A stretch of 62,595 bases of DNA, the filler included, from an uncultured Methanosarcinales archaeon (GTDB taxonomy: Archaea; Nanobdellota; Nanobdellia; Woesearchaeales; JABMPP01): the NCBI GenBank assembly GCA_964604995.1. It is 6 parts of 5 records of this genome, joined end to end, with 100 filler letters (N's around TTAATTAATTAA, not from the genome) between each part and the next. Parts side by side here need not be neighbours in the genome. Positions count along the whole stretch, not along the records: positions 14,833 to 45,263 come from CAZSAD010000020.1; 5 more parts are not named here. The stretch is one strand, 5' to 3'. This document shows, one piece after another, positions 32,532-42,824 of the stretch. The notes under the pieces are model-generated. The model ran no database searches and was not told where the DNA came from. It worked only from the letters and a program-made list of their open reading frames with translations. The translations under genes and the position numbers were made by a program. How positions within the stretch are numbered: position 1 is the first letter of the stretch; every line of letters starts with the position of its first letter.

Positions 32532-33491
32532 ATGAGAACAAGAAACATTCTCTTTGCCGTTGTTGCTGTATTAATTCTAGGCATTGGTACAGGATGTAGT
32601 AGTAGTACAACCAATGGTGAAAATGGAGGGATATCATCCTCTGGTGCTTTTATCGGAGGAACAAAAGGAATTGCAATGGAATTTCTTCCAGGTGCACCGC
32701 CTGATTCTGTTTTTGATGTAAATTATCCTTTTTCAGTAAATGTAAAAACTGAAAATGTTGGTGAATGGGAAATTAACAAAAGTAACATATTTTTCACAAT
32801 AACAGGAGTCAATCCTTCGGATTTTGGACTTTTACAAGGAAATCTTACAAAAATTCCAGATGAGAATTTAGATAGGGCCCAAAAAGATCCAAATGGTAAC
32901 CAAATACAAGGAACCGTCTCAAATATTGAATTTAATGGATTTCAATATCAGAGTAAAGTAGCTGGCCAAGTACAATTTAATGTCAAAGCAGAAGCATGTT
33001 ATTTGTATGGTACAACTGCACAAACCCAACTTTGCATAAGTAAAGATTTCTTAGGTAAAAGTGGAGAAAAAGGAACTTGTGTTGCTAGCGAAAATAAAAA
33101 TGTTGAAAATTCAGGTGCACCTGTGCACATAACAACATTTACTGAAAGTGTAGTTGGTAACAATAAATTATCTTTTATCTTCAATGTAAAACATGTAGGT
33201 ACTGGTGCAGTGTATGAACCAAACACCTTATGTAGCACTGATCTTGCCCATAGAAATAAAGTTAAAGTTAAAGTTAGCGATCCTGCTATTGGTCAAATCA
33301 GCTGTTCTGGCCTTGAAGGTGGTCCACTTGAAGGAATAGTAACTTTGTATCAAGGTGAGAGAAGTATAAGATGCACTTTAACAGTTGACAATGACAAGCT
33401 AAATGACTATGAAAAAGTAATCAACATCCAAGTGATGTATGACTACAAAGATTACATAGAAACACCATTGCTTGTTAAACAAGGTTCCTAA
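32532..33491 (+). CDS. Putative lipoprotein (paralog 3)
   Basis: GTGC; CYLYGTTAQTQLCI, SGAPV, MYDY; GGAGGT RBS. Confidence 0.75.
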   Translation: MRTRNILFAVVAVLILGIGTGCSSSTTNGENGGISSSGAFIGGTKGIAMEFLPGAPPDSVFDVNYPFSVNVKTENVGEWEINKSNIFFTITGVNPSDFGLLQGNLTKIPDENLDRAQKDPNGNQIQGTVSNIEFNGFQYQSKVAGQVQFNVKAEACYLYGTTAQTQLCISKDFLGKSGEKGTCVASENKNVENSGAPVHITTFTESVVGNNKLSFIFNVKHVGTGAVYEPNTLCSTDLAHRNKVKVKVSDPAIGQISCSGLEGGPLEGIVTLYQGERSIRCTLTVDNDKLNDYEKVINIQVMYDYKDYIETPLLVKQGS

Positions 33492-33577
33492 ATAGGGAAC
33501 TTATTTTTTTATTTTTTATTAATTATTGATATATTCTTTAATTCTTAAAATTTTAAGAAGTTATTAAATTTGTGATA

Positions 33578-35029
33578 TTATAATTTTTTAAGAACTTCAA
33601 TTTGACTCCTATGTTCAATTTCTTGCCTAGTCATTTTAAGAATTACTTGTTTATAATATTCCTCTTTAATTGCCATTTCTTTTTTAAGATTACTAAGTTC
33701 AGATAATTTTTCTTTCATCTTTTGTTTGTCTGATTCAAGTAATGTTTTAGATTTAAGTGTTTGAACTAATGCCTCTTTAATTTTAGTTAGTATATTATTA
33801 TATTGCAAAGATTCATTTTTTTTATCTTGCTCATATTTTTGCACTAAATTTTTTACAGTTTGTATGTGTTCATTTTTTAGGGCTTCAAAGCTTTGTTTAG
33901 ATTGTGACATTTCACTCCCTATTTTAGAATTAAAATCTGTAAGTATTTTCAATGCCTTTTGTGCTTTTTTAATTTCGAATTTGTACTGCGTAGTTTCCTT
34001 AATTTTTTCTTTTAAAAGTTCAACTGTTGATAATTGGATTTGTTTTGATCTTTTAAAATTAGAATTTAAATTGTTTATTTTTCCAAGAAGAATTTTATTT
34101 GCTAACTCGGCTTTCTTCCTAATTAGTTGTTCTTCTTGAAATTTTTTATTGATATTGTCAAATTCTTTTTGTGTATCTTTAAGCTCCAAAATTTTTGTTC
34201 CACTAGTTTTAATTAAACTATTTAAGTGAGAATTTGTTAACTCTAATTTTTTATTTTGTTGTTTAATCTCCAAAAGTTCATTTTGTGTTTTTAAAAGATT
34301 ATCTTGTAAACCTGCAATTTGCTCTGGGTCCATTTTTGATAAATCTTTAATTCTTAAACTTAACTCTTTAATTTTTAAATCCTTGTTTTGAATTATCAAT
34401 TCGAGTTTTTTAAGTTGCTCTTCTCGTTCCTGATTTTGTTTATTAAAAAAAGTTAATTCTCTTCTCACACTTTGTTTTTTAAGAGCTGATATATGTTTAT
34501 CTTTTTCTTTGATGTCTAATTTTAGTATTTCGATGTCTTTTTTCAAATTAGAAAGTTCAATTTCTGTTTCATTTTTTGCTTTTTGAAGTAAACTATCAAT
34601 CTCACTATGTGCTATTCTAGAAGAATAATTTTTTTTTAAAAGAGAGATGTATTGGTCTTTTTGTGCTATATTTTGCTGCAAAATTTCTAAATCTTTTCTA
34701 AGATTAATATTAGCTTCAAATAAACTTCTGATTTTTTCTTTGAAAAATAAAACTTCTTCTCTTGCATCTTTTTGTTTTTTGCCCTGTGTCTGCAAAGTTT
34801 TAAGATCGAATGTTAAATCTTCTATTGTTTTTTCATTTTCATTTAATTTTTTAGTTAAATCAAAATGTAAAGTAATAATCTTTTTGCTTTTTTCTTGTAT
34901 ATCCAAAAGAAGAGATTCTTGATTAAAATCCCCTTCTTGTGTAGGATTAAAAGTTTTGAAAATAGAAATAGAAGGCTCTGCCTTAGAAGTTTTATCATTC
35001 TCCCTCTTACCTTCTTTTTTACTGAACAT
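33578..35029 (-). CDS. Long coiled-coil protein
   Basis: K/E/L/Q-rich heptads over about 440 aa. Confidence 0.7.
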   Translation of the reverse strand: MFSKKEGKRENDKTSKAEPSISIFKTFNPTQEGDFNQESLLLDIQEKSKKIITLHFDLTKKLNENEKTIEDLTFDLKTLQTQGKKQKDAREEVLFFKEKIRSLFEANINLRKDLEILQQNIAQKDQYISLLKKNYSSRIAHSEIDSLLQKAKNETEIELSNLKKDIEILKLDIKEKDKHISALKKQSVRRELTFFNKQNQEREEQLKKLELIIQNKDLKIKELSLRIKDLSKMDPEQIAGLQDNLLKTQNELLEIKQQNKKLELTNSHLNSLIKTSGTKILELKDTQKEFDNINKKFQEEQLIRKKAELANKILLGKINNLNSNFKRSKQIQLSTVELLKEKIKETTQYKFEIKKAQKALKILTDFNSKIGSEMSQSKQSFEALKNEHIQTVKNLVQKYEQDKKNESLQYNNILTKIKEALVQTLKSKTLLESDKQKMKEKLSELSNLKKEMAIKEEYYKQVILKMTRQEIEHRSQIEVLKKL

Positions 35030-35093
35030 GTGAATTTTTCACTTAATTTACTATTGATTAATTGAACTAATTAAACTAACCAAATGAAATTGA

Positions 35094-36075
35094 TTACTTT
35101 AAAGCTAATGTAAATTGTGCAAGCAGTGCTTCTAGCTGTAAAAATTCATCTGAGCCCTCAACCATTCTAAACTCAATTTCCCCACATTTGTCAACTAACC
35201 TTACTTTTTCCCTATCGTCAATGTTTAATTCCCAAATTTCTTTTTGTATTTGTTTTATAACGTCTAGCCCTGAAAGTCCATATTTTAACATTGTTTCCAA
35301 AAGTTTAGCTCTTGCATCTAAAAATTTCTTATTAACTGCAATTTCTAGTACTTCTTTGATTTCCTTTGGTCTTGCCATTGAAGCTAAAGAATAGATAGTT
35401 TCTTCAGTTATCTTATCTGTTATTACTGATGAACTTTGAAGTAGATTTTCAAGTCTTCTGCAATCTCCTTGTGAAATTTCAAATAATGCTTCTTTGGCCT
35501 TTTCATCAAGATGTAATTTTTCAGATTTTGCAATATTATCTATTACTTCAAAAATTTCCTTCTTTTCGAGTGGTTTAAATCTAAAAATAGTGCATCTGCT
35601 TTGGATTGGATCAATTATTTTACTTGAATAATTACAAGAAAGTATAAATCTGCAAGTTTGCGTATAATTCTCCATAGTTCTTCTAAGAGCTTGCTGTGCC
35701 TCTTTTGTTAATGCGTCGCATTCATCTAGGTAGATAATTTTAAAGGGCACATTTCCAATTGCTCTGGTTCTTGCAAAGTCCTTAACTTTTACTCTGATTA
35801 CATCGATTCCCCTTTCATCTGATGCATTAAGTTCTAAGAAATTTTGCCTAAATCCTTCTCCATAAAGTTCTCTTGCAACTACTAAAGAGAGTGTCGTTTT
35901 GCCAACTCCTGCAGGTCCAGAAAAAAGTAAATGTGGTAAATTTTCTTGTTTAACANNNNNNNNNNACTCTTTTTACAATTTCTTTTTGTCCTATAACCTC
36001 AGAAAATGAATGTGGTCTAAACTTTTCAGTCCAAATAGCTGTTTCGGTTTTATCTTTTTCTTTGTTTTCTGTCAA
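35094..36075 (-). CDS. rfcS: Replication factor C small subunit, interrupted by a 10-N gap
   Basis: TTG start at 36075 after GGGTG RBS; WTEKFRP, GPAGVGKT, LNASD, LDECD, QALRR, SRC. Confidence 0.95.
35956..35965. other. 10-N scaffold gap
   Basis: Run of ten Ns inside rfcS. Confidence 0.99.
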
Positions 36076-36245
36076 TTTTTTACACCCGTAGTAAAGCTAA
36101 TAGAGGAACAACTTCTTTAAAAAGTTTGCGATAGATTATTTACTATAGATGATTATACATAACAAATATTGTAATACAACTTAGTAAAAATAAGGAGTAA
36201 AATTAAAAGAGTAAGAACTAGTTAAATAAAATAAAAATATTAAAA

Positions 36246-36533
36246 TTAGATAATATCTTCTTCAGCAATTACTAAAAAATCGCCCGTTGCGATAACTGCA
36301 CTAAAAGGAATCAAAATATTGCCTGATTTGTCCTTTTCTAACTCCAGCTTGCTTGCATAAGGTGTTGGATTTGAAAGTAGAAGGTGTATTAATTCACCAG
36401 ACTTTACTTCAAAAACAATATCGCCAACTTCTCCAAACCTCTTACCAGCTTTACTGACAACGGTTTTTCCAATAAGTTGCTTTGAGAATTTCTTTGATTC
36501 TTCAGTTTTGTCTTCTGGCATGTTTATCACCAT
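36246..36533 (-). CDS. PRC-barrel domain protein (CdpB-like)
   Basis: LIGKTVVSKAGKRFGEVGDI, IPFSAVIATGDFLVI. Confidence 0.88.
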   Translation of the reverse strand: MVINMPEDKTEESKKFSKQLIGKTVVSKAGKRFGEVGDIVFEVKSGELIHLLLSNPTPYASKLELEKDKSGNILIPFSAVIATGDFLVIAEEDII

Positions 36534-36675
36534 TTATCGTTGGGTGATGTTATATTTAAACTTTTCGTTGGCTTTGATGAATAGGTAAATATCAATTTTG
36601 TCATAATTTGTCACCATCGTGTCTAACCCCTACAATGCAACAATTTTATATATTTAAAGCAAATTTATCTATTTT

Positions 36676-37749
36676 ATGGACATTGAAAAAAGATTATCAC
36701 TAATAAAAGAAGTTGGTAAGGAGATTGTTACAGAAGAAGAATTAAAAAATCTCCTACAAACAAAAAGCAGTATTATTGCATACGATGGATTTGAACCCTC
36801 TGGTAATGTCCATATTGCTCAAGGAGTTATGCGTGCTATAAATGTAAATAAAATGACAAAAGCAGGCATCAAATTTAAGATGCTTGTTGCTGATTGGCAT
36901 GCTTGGGCAAATAACAAAATAGGTGGAAATCTAGAGGATATTCAAACAGTAGGTAATTATCTAATTGAAACTTGGAAAGCAGCTGGAATGGATTTAAACA
37001 ATGTTGAATTTGTATGGGCAAATGAACTTGTTAAAGATGATGAATATTGGAAAACAGTTATGAAAACTGCAATTAATAGTACAGTAAAAAGAGTCGTTAG
37101 ATGTTCCCAGATTATGGGAAGAAGCGAAAGTGATAGTTTAAGTGCATCACAAATATTTTACCCCTGTATGCAAGCTGCTGATATTTTTCATCTAAAAGCT
37201 GATATTTGTCAATTAGGATTAGATCAAAGAAAAGTAAATATGTTAGCTAGAGAGATTGCCCCAAGTTTAGGTTTTGAAAAACCAATTATTGTAAGCCACC
37301 ATATGTTAGCAGGTCTAGGTCAACCTCCAAAAAATGTGGGTACTGAAGATAGAGCTATCGCAATGAAAATGTCAAAATCAAATCCTGAAACTGCCATATT
37401 TATGACAGATACCAAAGATGAAATTAAAACAAAAATAAAAAAAGCATATTGTCCAGAAAAAGAAATTGAAGATAATCCGATTATGGAATATTGCAAATAT
37501 ATGATTTTTGAAAAATTTAAAACAATGAAAATTGAAAGACCTGAAAAATATGGTGGAAATTTAGAATTTGAAAATTATGAGGATTTGGCAATTGCTTTTA
37601 GAAAAGGAGATTTGCACCCAATGGATTTGAAAGCCTCAACTTGCGAGTATATAGATGAAATGATAAAACCGGTTAGAGAACATTTTGAGAATAATAAAAG
37701 AGCCAAAGAACTTAAAGAAAAAGTTATGAGTTTTAAAATTACTAGATAA
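36676..37749 (+). CDS. tyrS: Tyrosine--tRNA ligase, archaeal type
   Basis: AYDGFEPSG, HIAQ, YPCMQAAD, GLDQRK, KMSKS. Confidence 0.97.
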   Translation: MDIEKRLSLIKEVGKEIVTEEELKNLLQTKSSIIAYDGFEPSGNVHIAQGVMRAINVNKMTKAGIKFKMLVADWHAWANNKIGGNLEDIQTVGNYLIETWKAAGMDLNNVEFVWANELVKDDEYWKTVMKTAINSTVKRVVRCSQIMGRSESDSLSASQIFYPCMQAADIFHLKADICQLGLDQRKVNMLAREIAPSLGFEKPIIVSHHMLAGLGQPPKNVGTEDRAIAMKMSKSNPETAIFMTDTKDEIKTKIKKAYCPEKEIEDNPIMEYCKYMIFEKFKTMKIERPEKYGGNLEFENYEDLAIAFRKGDLHPMDLKASTCEYIDEMIKPVREHFENNKRAKELKEKVMSFKITR

Positions 37750-37800
37750 AATTACATTAAAGATAAAGAATATAAAAAATTTAAAGAGAATTCTACGAGA

Positions 37801-38493
37801 ATGGATAATATAATGGCAATGATTAAAACAAAAGAGGAAATTGAAAAAATTAAAATTGCATGTAAAATAACAGATTCTATTTTTAATAAAATAATTAAAA
37901 ATTTTAATTTTAAAACAGAATTAGAGCTTTCTAATTTTATATACAAAGAAATAAAAAAAAGAAAATGCCATCCTTCATTTGATGTGATTGTTGCCTCGGG
38001 AAGTAATGCATCATCTCCACACCATAAACCAACTAATAAAAAATTAGAAGGTTTTACTGTAATTGATTTCGGAGTTATTTACAAAAAATATATGTCGGAT
38101 ATGACTAGAACAATATATATAGGAAATCCGACTAAAGACAAAATAAGATTGTACAATTTATTATTGCAATGCCAAAAAATAGGAATTAAATGTGCAGTGT
38201 CCCCTATAAAATGTAAGCAAATAGATTTTATGTCCAGAGAATATTTAAAAGAATATAAAAAATATTTCATCCATGGTTTAGGGCATGGTGTTGGAACAAA
38301 GATACATGAACCTCCGAGGTTGAATAAAAAAAGTAGATATTATTTAAAAGAAAATATGATAATTACTATAGAACCTGGAATTTATATTAAAAACAAATTA
38401 GGTATCAGAATTGAGGATACTTGTTTAATAAAAAAGAAAGAGTGTTATCCTTTAACAAAAAGTACAAAGAATTTTTTAATATTTAATTTTTAG
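37801..38493 (+). CDS. M24 family Xaa-Pro peptidase, catalytic domain only
   Basis: IDFG, SDMTRT, HGLGHGVG..IHE, TIEPG, RIED. Confidence 0.92.
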   Translation: MDNIMAMIKTKEEIEKIKIACKITDSIFNKIIKNFNFKTELELSNFIYKEIKKRKCHPSFDVIVASGSNASSPHHKPTNKKLEGFTVIDFGVIYKKYMSDMTRTIYIGNPTKDKIRLYNLLLQCQKIGIKCAVSPIKCKQIDFMSREYLKEYKKYFIHGLGHGVGTKIHEPPRLNKKSRYYLKENMIITIEPGIYIKNKLGIRIEDTCLIKKKECYPLTKSTKNFLIFNF

Positions 38494-38634
38494 TATTTAG
38501 TAAATAATAAAAATTTAATAAAAAAATAAAAGTATGATATTAAAAGAATTAAAAATAAGGATTATGACTATTTCTCGTCAATAAAATGAATACAGTGACA
38601 AAGCTTTAAAAACAAAACAAAATTTTATAATTAT

Positions 38635-40071
38635 ATGCCTAACTTTAAATCTGATCTTGCTGATTTTTCAGTATCCTATTTAAAAAAATTAGGAGCAAAA
38701 TATTCTGAAGCAAGATTAGAACTTGTTTCTTCGAATTCATTCATCTTAAAGAATGGAATTGCCGAGATTGCAGAATTTGAAAGTTGTGAAGGAATAGGGA
38801 TTAGATTTATTGTTGATGGGTGCTACGGATTTGTGTCAACTAATAATTTGAATAGGGAGTCCATAAAAAAATTATTGGATTTATCTTACAAGAAAGTTAA
38901 ATTTTCTTTACCCGTAATTGTCGATAAAGTAGAACTATCAGATGAAACTGCAAATAAAGCAAAAATAAAAGTAACACCAAAAAAAGATGCAATGTCCATT
39001 TCACCAGAAGAAAAATTAAAGACACTAACTGAGATTGATAAAAGTATAAAATCATTAAAGTATAATGTTCCTTCTTCATATTTTTCATTATCTGATAGTC
39101 AAACAAAAAAATATATAGTAAATTCCGAAGGAACGAAAATATATTCTTCTTATCCATTAATAAATTTTTATTATTTTATTACAATGAAAGTTCAAAGTGA
39201 ACTTGTACAAAGATATTGGCAACATGGAAATACTAAAGGATGGGAAGCTCTTAAAAATTGGAATCTTGATAATAATTTAAAAGAACAAATGAAACTTCTT
39301 GCTAAAAATTCAATTGAAGGAATATCTTCACCAAAAGGTAAAATTGATGTTATAACAGGTCCAGAAGTTACTGGAATAATTGCGCATGAAAGTGGTGGTC
39401 ATCCTTACGAAGCAGATAGAATTCTTGGTAGAGAAGCTGCTCAAGCTGGAGAATCATTTGTAACAAAGGATTTTATTGGAAAAAGAATGGGTAGTGAAGA
39501 GATTAATGTTGTTGATGATTCAACTATACCTAATAGTTTTGGATATTATTTATTTGATGATGAAGGAGTAAAAGCCAGACGCAAATATATTATAAAAAAA
39601 GGGGTTATAAATGAATTTTTGAATAATAGAGAAACCTCATCTAAATTAAATTCAAAAAGTAATGCGTCTGCAAGAGCCTCAGGATATAATAGAGAAGCAA
39701 TTGTTAGAATGTCAAACACTTTCTTTGAACCAGGTACACATAAATTTGATGAATTAGTGAAAGGAGTAAAAAAAGGAATATATCTTAAGAATTTTAATGA
39801 GTGGAATATTGATGATAAAAGATTAAATCAAAAGTATGTTGGGTGTGAATCTTATTTAATAGAGAATGGTAAAATAACAAAACCTGTAAAAGGTCCGGTT
39901 ATAGAAATTGATACTTATAAACTTTATTCCTCAATTGATGCAGTAAGCAAAGATAATTTTGAATTGCATGCTGCAACTTGCGGTAAGGGTGAACCCATGC
40001 AAGGAATTCCTGTTTTAATGGGTGGACCTTCACTTAGGATTAGAGGGATAAATTTAAGTTTTCCGAAATAA
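38635..40071 (+). CDS. tldD: TldD family metalloprotease
   Basis: HESGGHPYEAD, DDEG, RMSNT, CGKG. Confidence 0.93.
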   Translation: MPNFKSDLADFSVSYLKKLGAKYSEARLELVSSNSFILKNGIAEIAEFESCEGIGIRFIVDGCYGFVSTNNLNRESIKKLLDLSYKKVKFSLPVIVDKVELSDETANKAKIKVTPKKDAMSISPEEKLKTLTEIDKSIKSLKYNVPSSYFSLSDSQTKKYIVNSEGTKIYSSYPLINFYYFITMKVQSELVQRYWQHGNTKGWEALKNWNLDNNLKEQMKLLAKNSIEGISSPKGKIDVITGPEVTGIIAHESGGHPYEADRILGREAAQAGESFVTKDFIGKRMGSEEINVVDDSTIPNSFGYYLFDDEGVKARRKYIIKKGVINEFLNNRETSSKLNSKSNASARASGYNREAIVRMSNTFFEPGTHKFDELVKGVKKGIYLKNFNEWNIDDKRLNQKYVGCESYLIENGKITKPVKGPVIEIDTYKLYSSIDAVSKDNFELHAATCGKGEPMQGIPVLMGGPSLRIRGINLSFPK

Positions 40072-40116
40072 AATAATAAAGTAAGTATGAATTAGATTAT
40101 ATATTTATTTTAAAAA

Positions 40117-41487
40117 ATGAGTTTGAAAATGAAAGAAAAAAAGAATCCTAATCAAATCATTGATTCAAAAATACCAGATTATGTAGTTAAACAATTAATA
40201 AAGAAAGGAGCTTCTGAAGTAATTGTTAATTCTAGTTATCAAAATAAAACTCAAATTAAATTTGTAAATAATGGGATAACTGCAATTACTAATTGGGATA
40301 GCAAAAATATTGGAGTTTTTGTAAATTATAAAAAAAGATTAGTTTCTACTTCAATTGAAAGTTTTGGCAAATCTGCTATTGATTTAAGTTTGAAAAAATT
40401 AGTCGCATTGGCTAAATTTTGTGAACAGAATAATGAACATCAAGGTATTGCAAAAGGTCCGTTCAAATACAAAAAAATAGCAGAAACTTACGATAGAAAA
40501 ATTGAAAATTTAGGAAATAAAGCAACCGATATAGTGCAAGAGGGTATACAAATTGCATTAAAAGAAGGTGCGAATAGAGTGAGTGGAAATTTTGAATATT
40601 CAACTATAAAATCTCACCTATTAAGTTCTGAAAAAGTAGAGGTATATGAAAAAGGAACTTTAGGGTATTTTACAATTAGAGCATTTGCAAATAAAGATGC
40701 ATCCGGACACAAAACTGCGACAACTAGAATGTTAAATAAATTAGATTATAAGTATGCTTCAAAAAAAGCAGCTTTTTTTGCATCCAATTCAAAAAATCCA
40801 ACACAAATAAATGGTGGAAAATATGATATTATTTTTGATCCAATGTCTTTTGCAGTAATTCTTGATAACATTGCAAGTGCTGCATCAATTTTTTCAGTAG
40901 AATCTGGATTTTCATTTTTTAATGATTCCTTAAATAAAAAAGTTGCAAATGAAAATGTTACTTTAACTGATGATGGAACAATACCTAATGGATATGCAAG
41001 TACCACTTCTGACGATGAGGGATATCCTACTTCAAGAAAAAATATTATAGAAAATGGAATTTTCAAAAATTATTTGCACAACACTTCTACTGCAAAAAGA
41101 TATAACGTTAAATCAACTGGAAATGCTGGATTAATTGCGCCTGAACCATTGAATATAATACTAAAATCTGGAAAAATTAATGAAGAATCTCTTTTTAAAT
41201 CTGTTGACAAAGGTTTATATATCACAAACATTTGGTATACTCGTTATAAGAATCATGCGACGGGAGATTTTTCCACAATACCGCGTGATGCAATCTTTTT
41301 TATTGAAAACGGTAAACTAAAAAAAGCGGTGAAAGATATTAGAATAAGTGATAACATGAAAAATATATTAAATAACATAAATCAAATTTCTAATAAATCT
41401 GAACAGGTAATGGGTTGGGAAACGGAAAAACCTGTTTTTACTCCTTTTGTTTGTGTAAAAAATATTAATATTACAAAATCAAATTAA
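40117..41487 (+). CDS. pmbA: PmbA/TldE family protein
   Basis: DDEG, STGNAG, TGDFS; lacks HEXXXH; adjacent to tldD. Confidence 0.9.
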   Translation: MSLKMKEKKNPNQIIDSKIPDYVVKQLIKKGASEVIVNSSYQNKTQIKFVNNGITAITNWDSKNIGVFVNYKKRLVSTSIESFGKSAIDLSLKKLVALAKFCEQNNEHQGIAKGPFKYKKIAETYDRKIENLGNKATDIVQEGIQIALKEGANRVSGNFEYSTIKSHLLSSEKVEVYEKGTLGYFTIRAFANKDASGHKTATTRMLNKLDYKYASKKAAFFASNSKNPTQINGGKYDIIFDPMSFAVILDNIASAASIFSVESGFSFFNDSLNKKVANENVTLTDDGTIPNGYASTTSDDEGYPTSRKNIIENGIFKNYLHNTSTAKRYNVKSTGNAGLIAPEPLNIILKSGKINEESLFKSVDKGLYITNIWYTRYKNHATGDFSTIPRDAIFFIENGKLKKAVKDIRISDNMKNILNNINQISNKSEQVMGWETEKPVFTPFVCVKNINITKSN

Positions 41488-41506
41488 ATAATTAAATTTT
41501 GGTGTA

Positions 41507-42649
41507 ATGATGGAAGATAAAGAAGGGTGGGACAGCGTCATATCAAGGTATACTATTAGAAGCAGCAATCTTGAAGAAGAAAATAAAATATTAAAAGAAA
41601 CAATTGAACAAATGAAAAGTGAAATGGAGCGTTTCAAAAAACCCCCACTTTTAGTTTGTGAAGTTAATGAAATCTTTGAAAAAAATGCAATTATAAAAGT
41701 TCCTAATGGAAATAATTTTTATGTTGAACTCTCGCACCACTGCCAAAATATCAGAGCAGGGGATAATGTTTTAGTTGAACAGAAAAATTTGACAATTCTA
41801 AAGAAAATTAGCAATACAAAATCATATAATGTTGATAAATTTGTAATAATTGAATCCCCAAATGTAAGTTGGGATCAAATAGGTGGTCTTGAAGAGCAAG
41901 CAAAAGAGATTAAAGAGGTTATTGAATTACCTTTAAAAAAACCAAAGCTCTTTGAAAAAGTAGGAATACAACCACCAAAAGGAATTTTATTATATGGTGA
42001 ACCTGGAACAGGAAAAACACTTTTAGCAAAAGCTGTTGCGACATCAACAAATAGTACATTTATTGAAATTGTTGGTTCAGAACTTGTACAAAAATTTATT
42101 GGTGAGGGCGCTAAACTTGTAAAAGAGATATTTCAACTTGCAAGAGAAAAAGCACCTGCTATCATTTTCATAGATGAAATAGATGCTCTTGCAGCAAAAA
42201 GAGTAGATGTTGGAACTTCGGGAGAAAGGGAAGTTCAAAGAACATTTATGCAGTTGCTAGCTGAGATCGATGGATTTAAACATTTAGGTAAAGTTAAAAT
42301 TATAGGATGTACTAATAGATATGATATTTTAGATCCTGCGATAATTAGACCTGGTAGATTAGATAGATTAATTAAAGTATCATTGCCAAATGCAGATGGA
42401 AGAAGATCAATTTTTAAGATACATACTAAAAATATGTCATTAGATAAAGTAGATATTGAATCTTTAGTTATAAGATCTAATGGATTTTCAGGTGCAGAAA
42501 TCAAATCGACTTGTACTGAAGCGGGTTATTTTGCAATAAGAGAAAATAGAAGTGTTGTAAATGAGAGTGATTTTATATTAGCTATTGAAAAAATTAAAAA
42601 GAAAAATGAAGAACAAGAAATAGGAGATTTCTCAACTATGTTTGGTTAA
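41507..42649 (+). CDS. pan: Proteasome-activating nucleotidase
   Basis: Coiled coil + OB domain, GEPGTGKT, FIDEID, RPGRLDR, C-terminal HbYX-like MFG. Confidence 0.95.
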   Translation: MMEDKEGWDSVISRYTIRSSNLEEENKILKETIEQMKSEMERFKKPPLLVCEVNEIFEKNAIIKVPNGNNFYVELSHHCQNIRAGDNVLVEQKNLTILKKISNTKSYNVDKFVIIESPNVSWDQIGGLEEQAKEIKEVIELPLKKPKLFEKVGIQPPKGILLYGEPGTGKTLLAKAVATSTNSTFIEIVGSELVQKFIGEGAKLVKEIFQLAREKAPAIIFIDEIDALAAKRVDVGTSGEREVQRTFMQLLAEIDGFKHLGKVKIIGCTNRYDILDPAIIRPGRLDRLIKVSLPNADGRRSIFKIHTKNMSLDKVDIESLVIRSNGFSGAEIKSTCTEAGYFAIRENRSVVNESDFILAIEKIKKKNEEQEIGDFSTMFG

Positions 42650-42683
42650 TAAAAATTAGTTAAATAAATTACATTTGACAAAA

Positions 42684-42693
42684 TTTTATATAA
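42684..42693 (+). promoter_or_regulatory. TATA box for the C/D sRNA
   Basis: TTTTATATAA about 21-30 nt upstream of the sRNA 5' stem. Confidence 0.6.
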
Positions 42694-42713
42694 GCAAGTA
42701 TATTACTAGATAT

Positions 42714-42781
42714 TGCGCTGTGATGCAAGTGAACACCCACTGATCGAAAGATATGATGAACGGAAGTAACTGCTGAGCGCA
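42714..42781 (+). ncRNA. Box C/D methylation guide sRNA
   Basis: Terminal stem TGCGC/GCGCA; C GTGATGC 42720-26; D' CTGA 42740-43; C' ATGATGA 42753-59; D CTGA 42773-76; two 13-nt guides; T-run downstream. Confidence 0.88.
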
Positions 42782-42824
42782 CTTTTTTACTTCATTTTTT
42801 CTTTTAAAAAAGAATTTATAAAAA

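Noticed and set aside
35751..36075. Apparent frameshift, intein or split in rfcS
   Set aside because: Caused by a 10-N placeholder gap; motifs on both sides are intact
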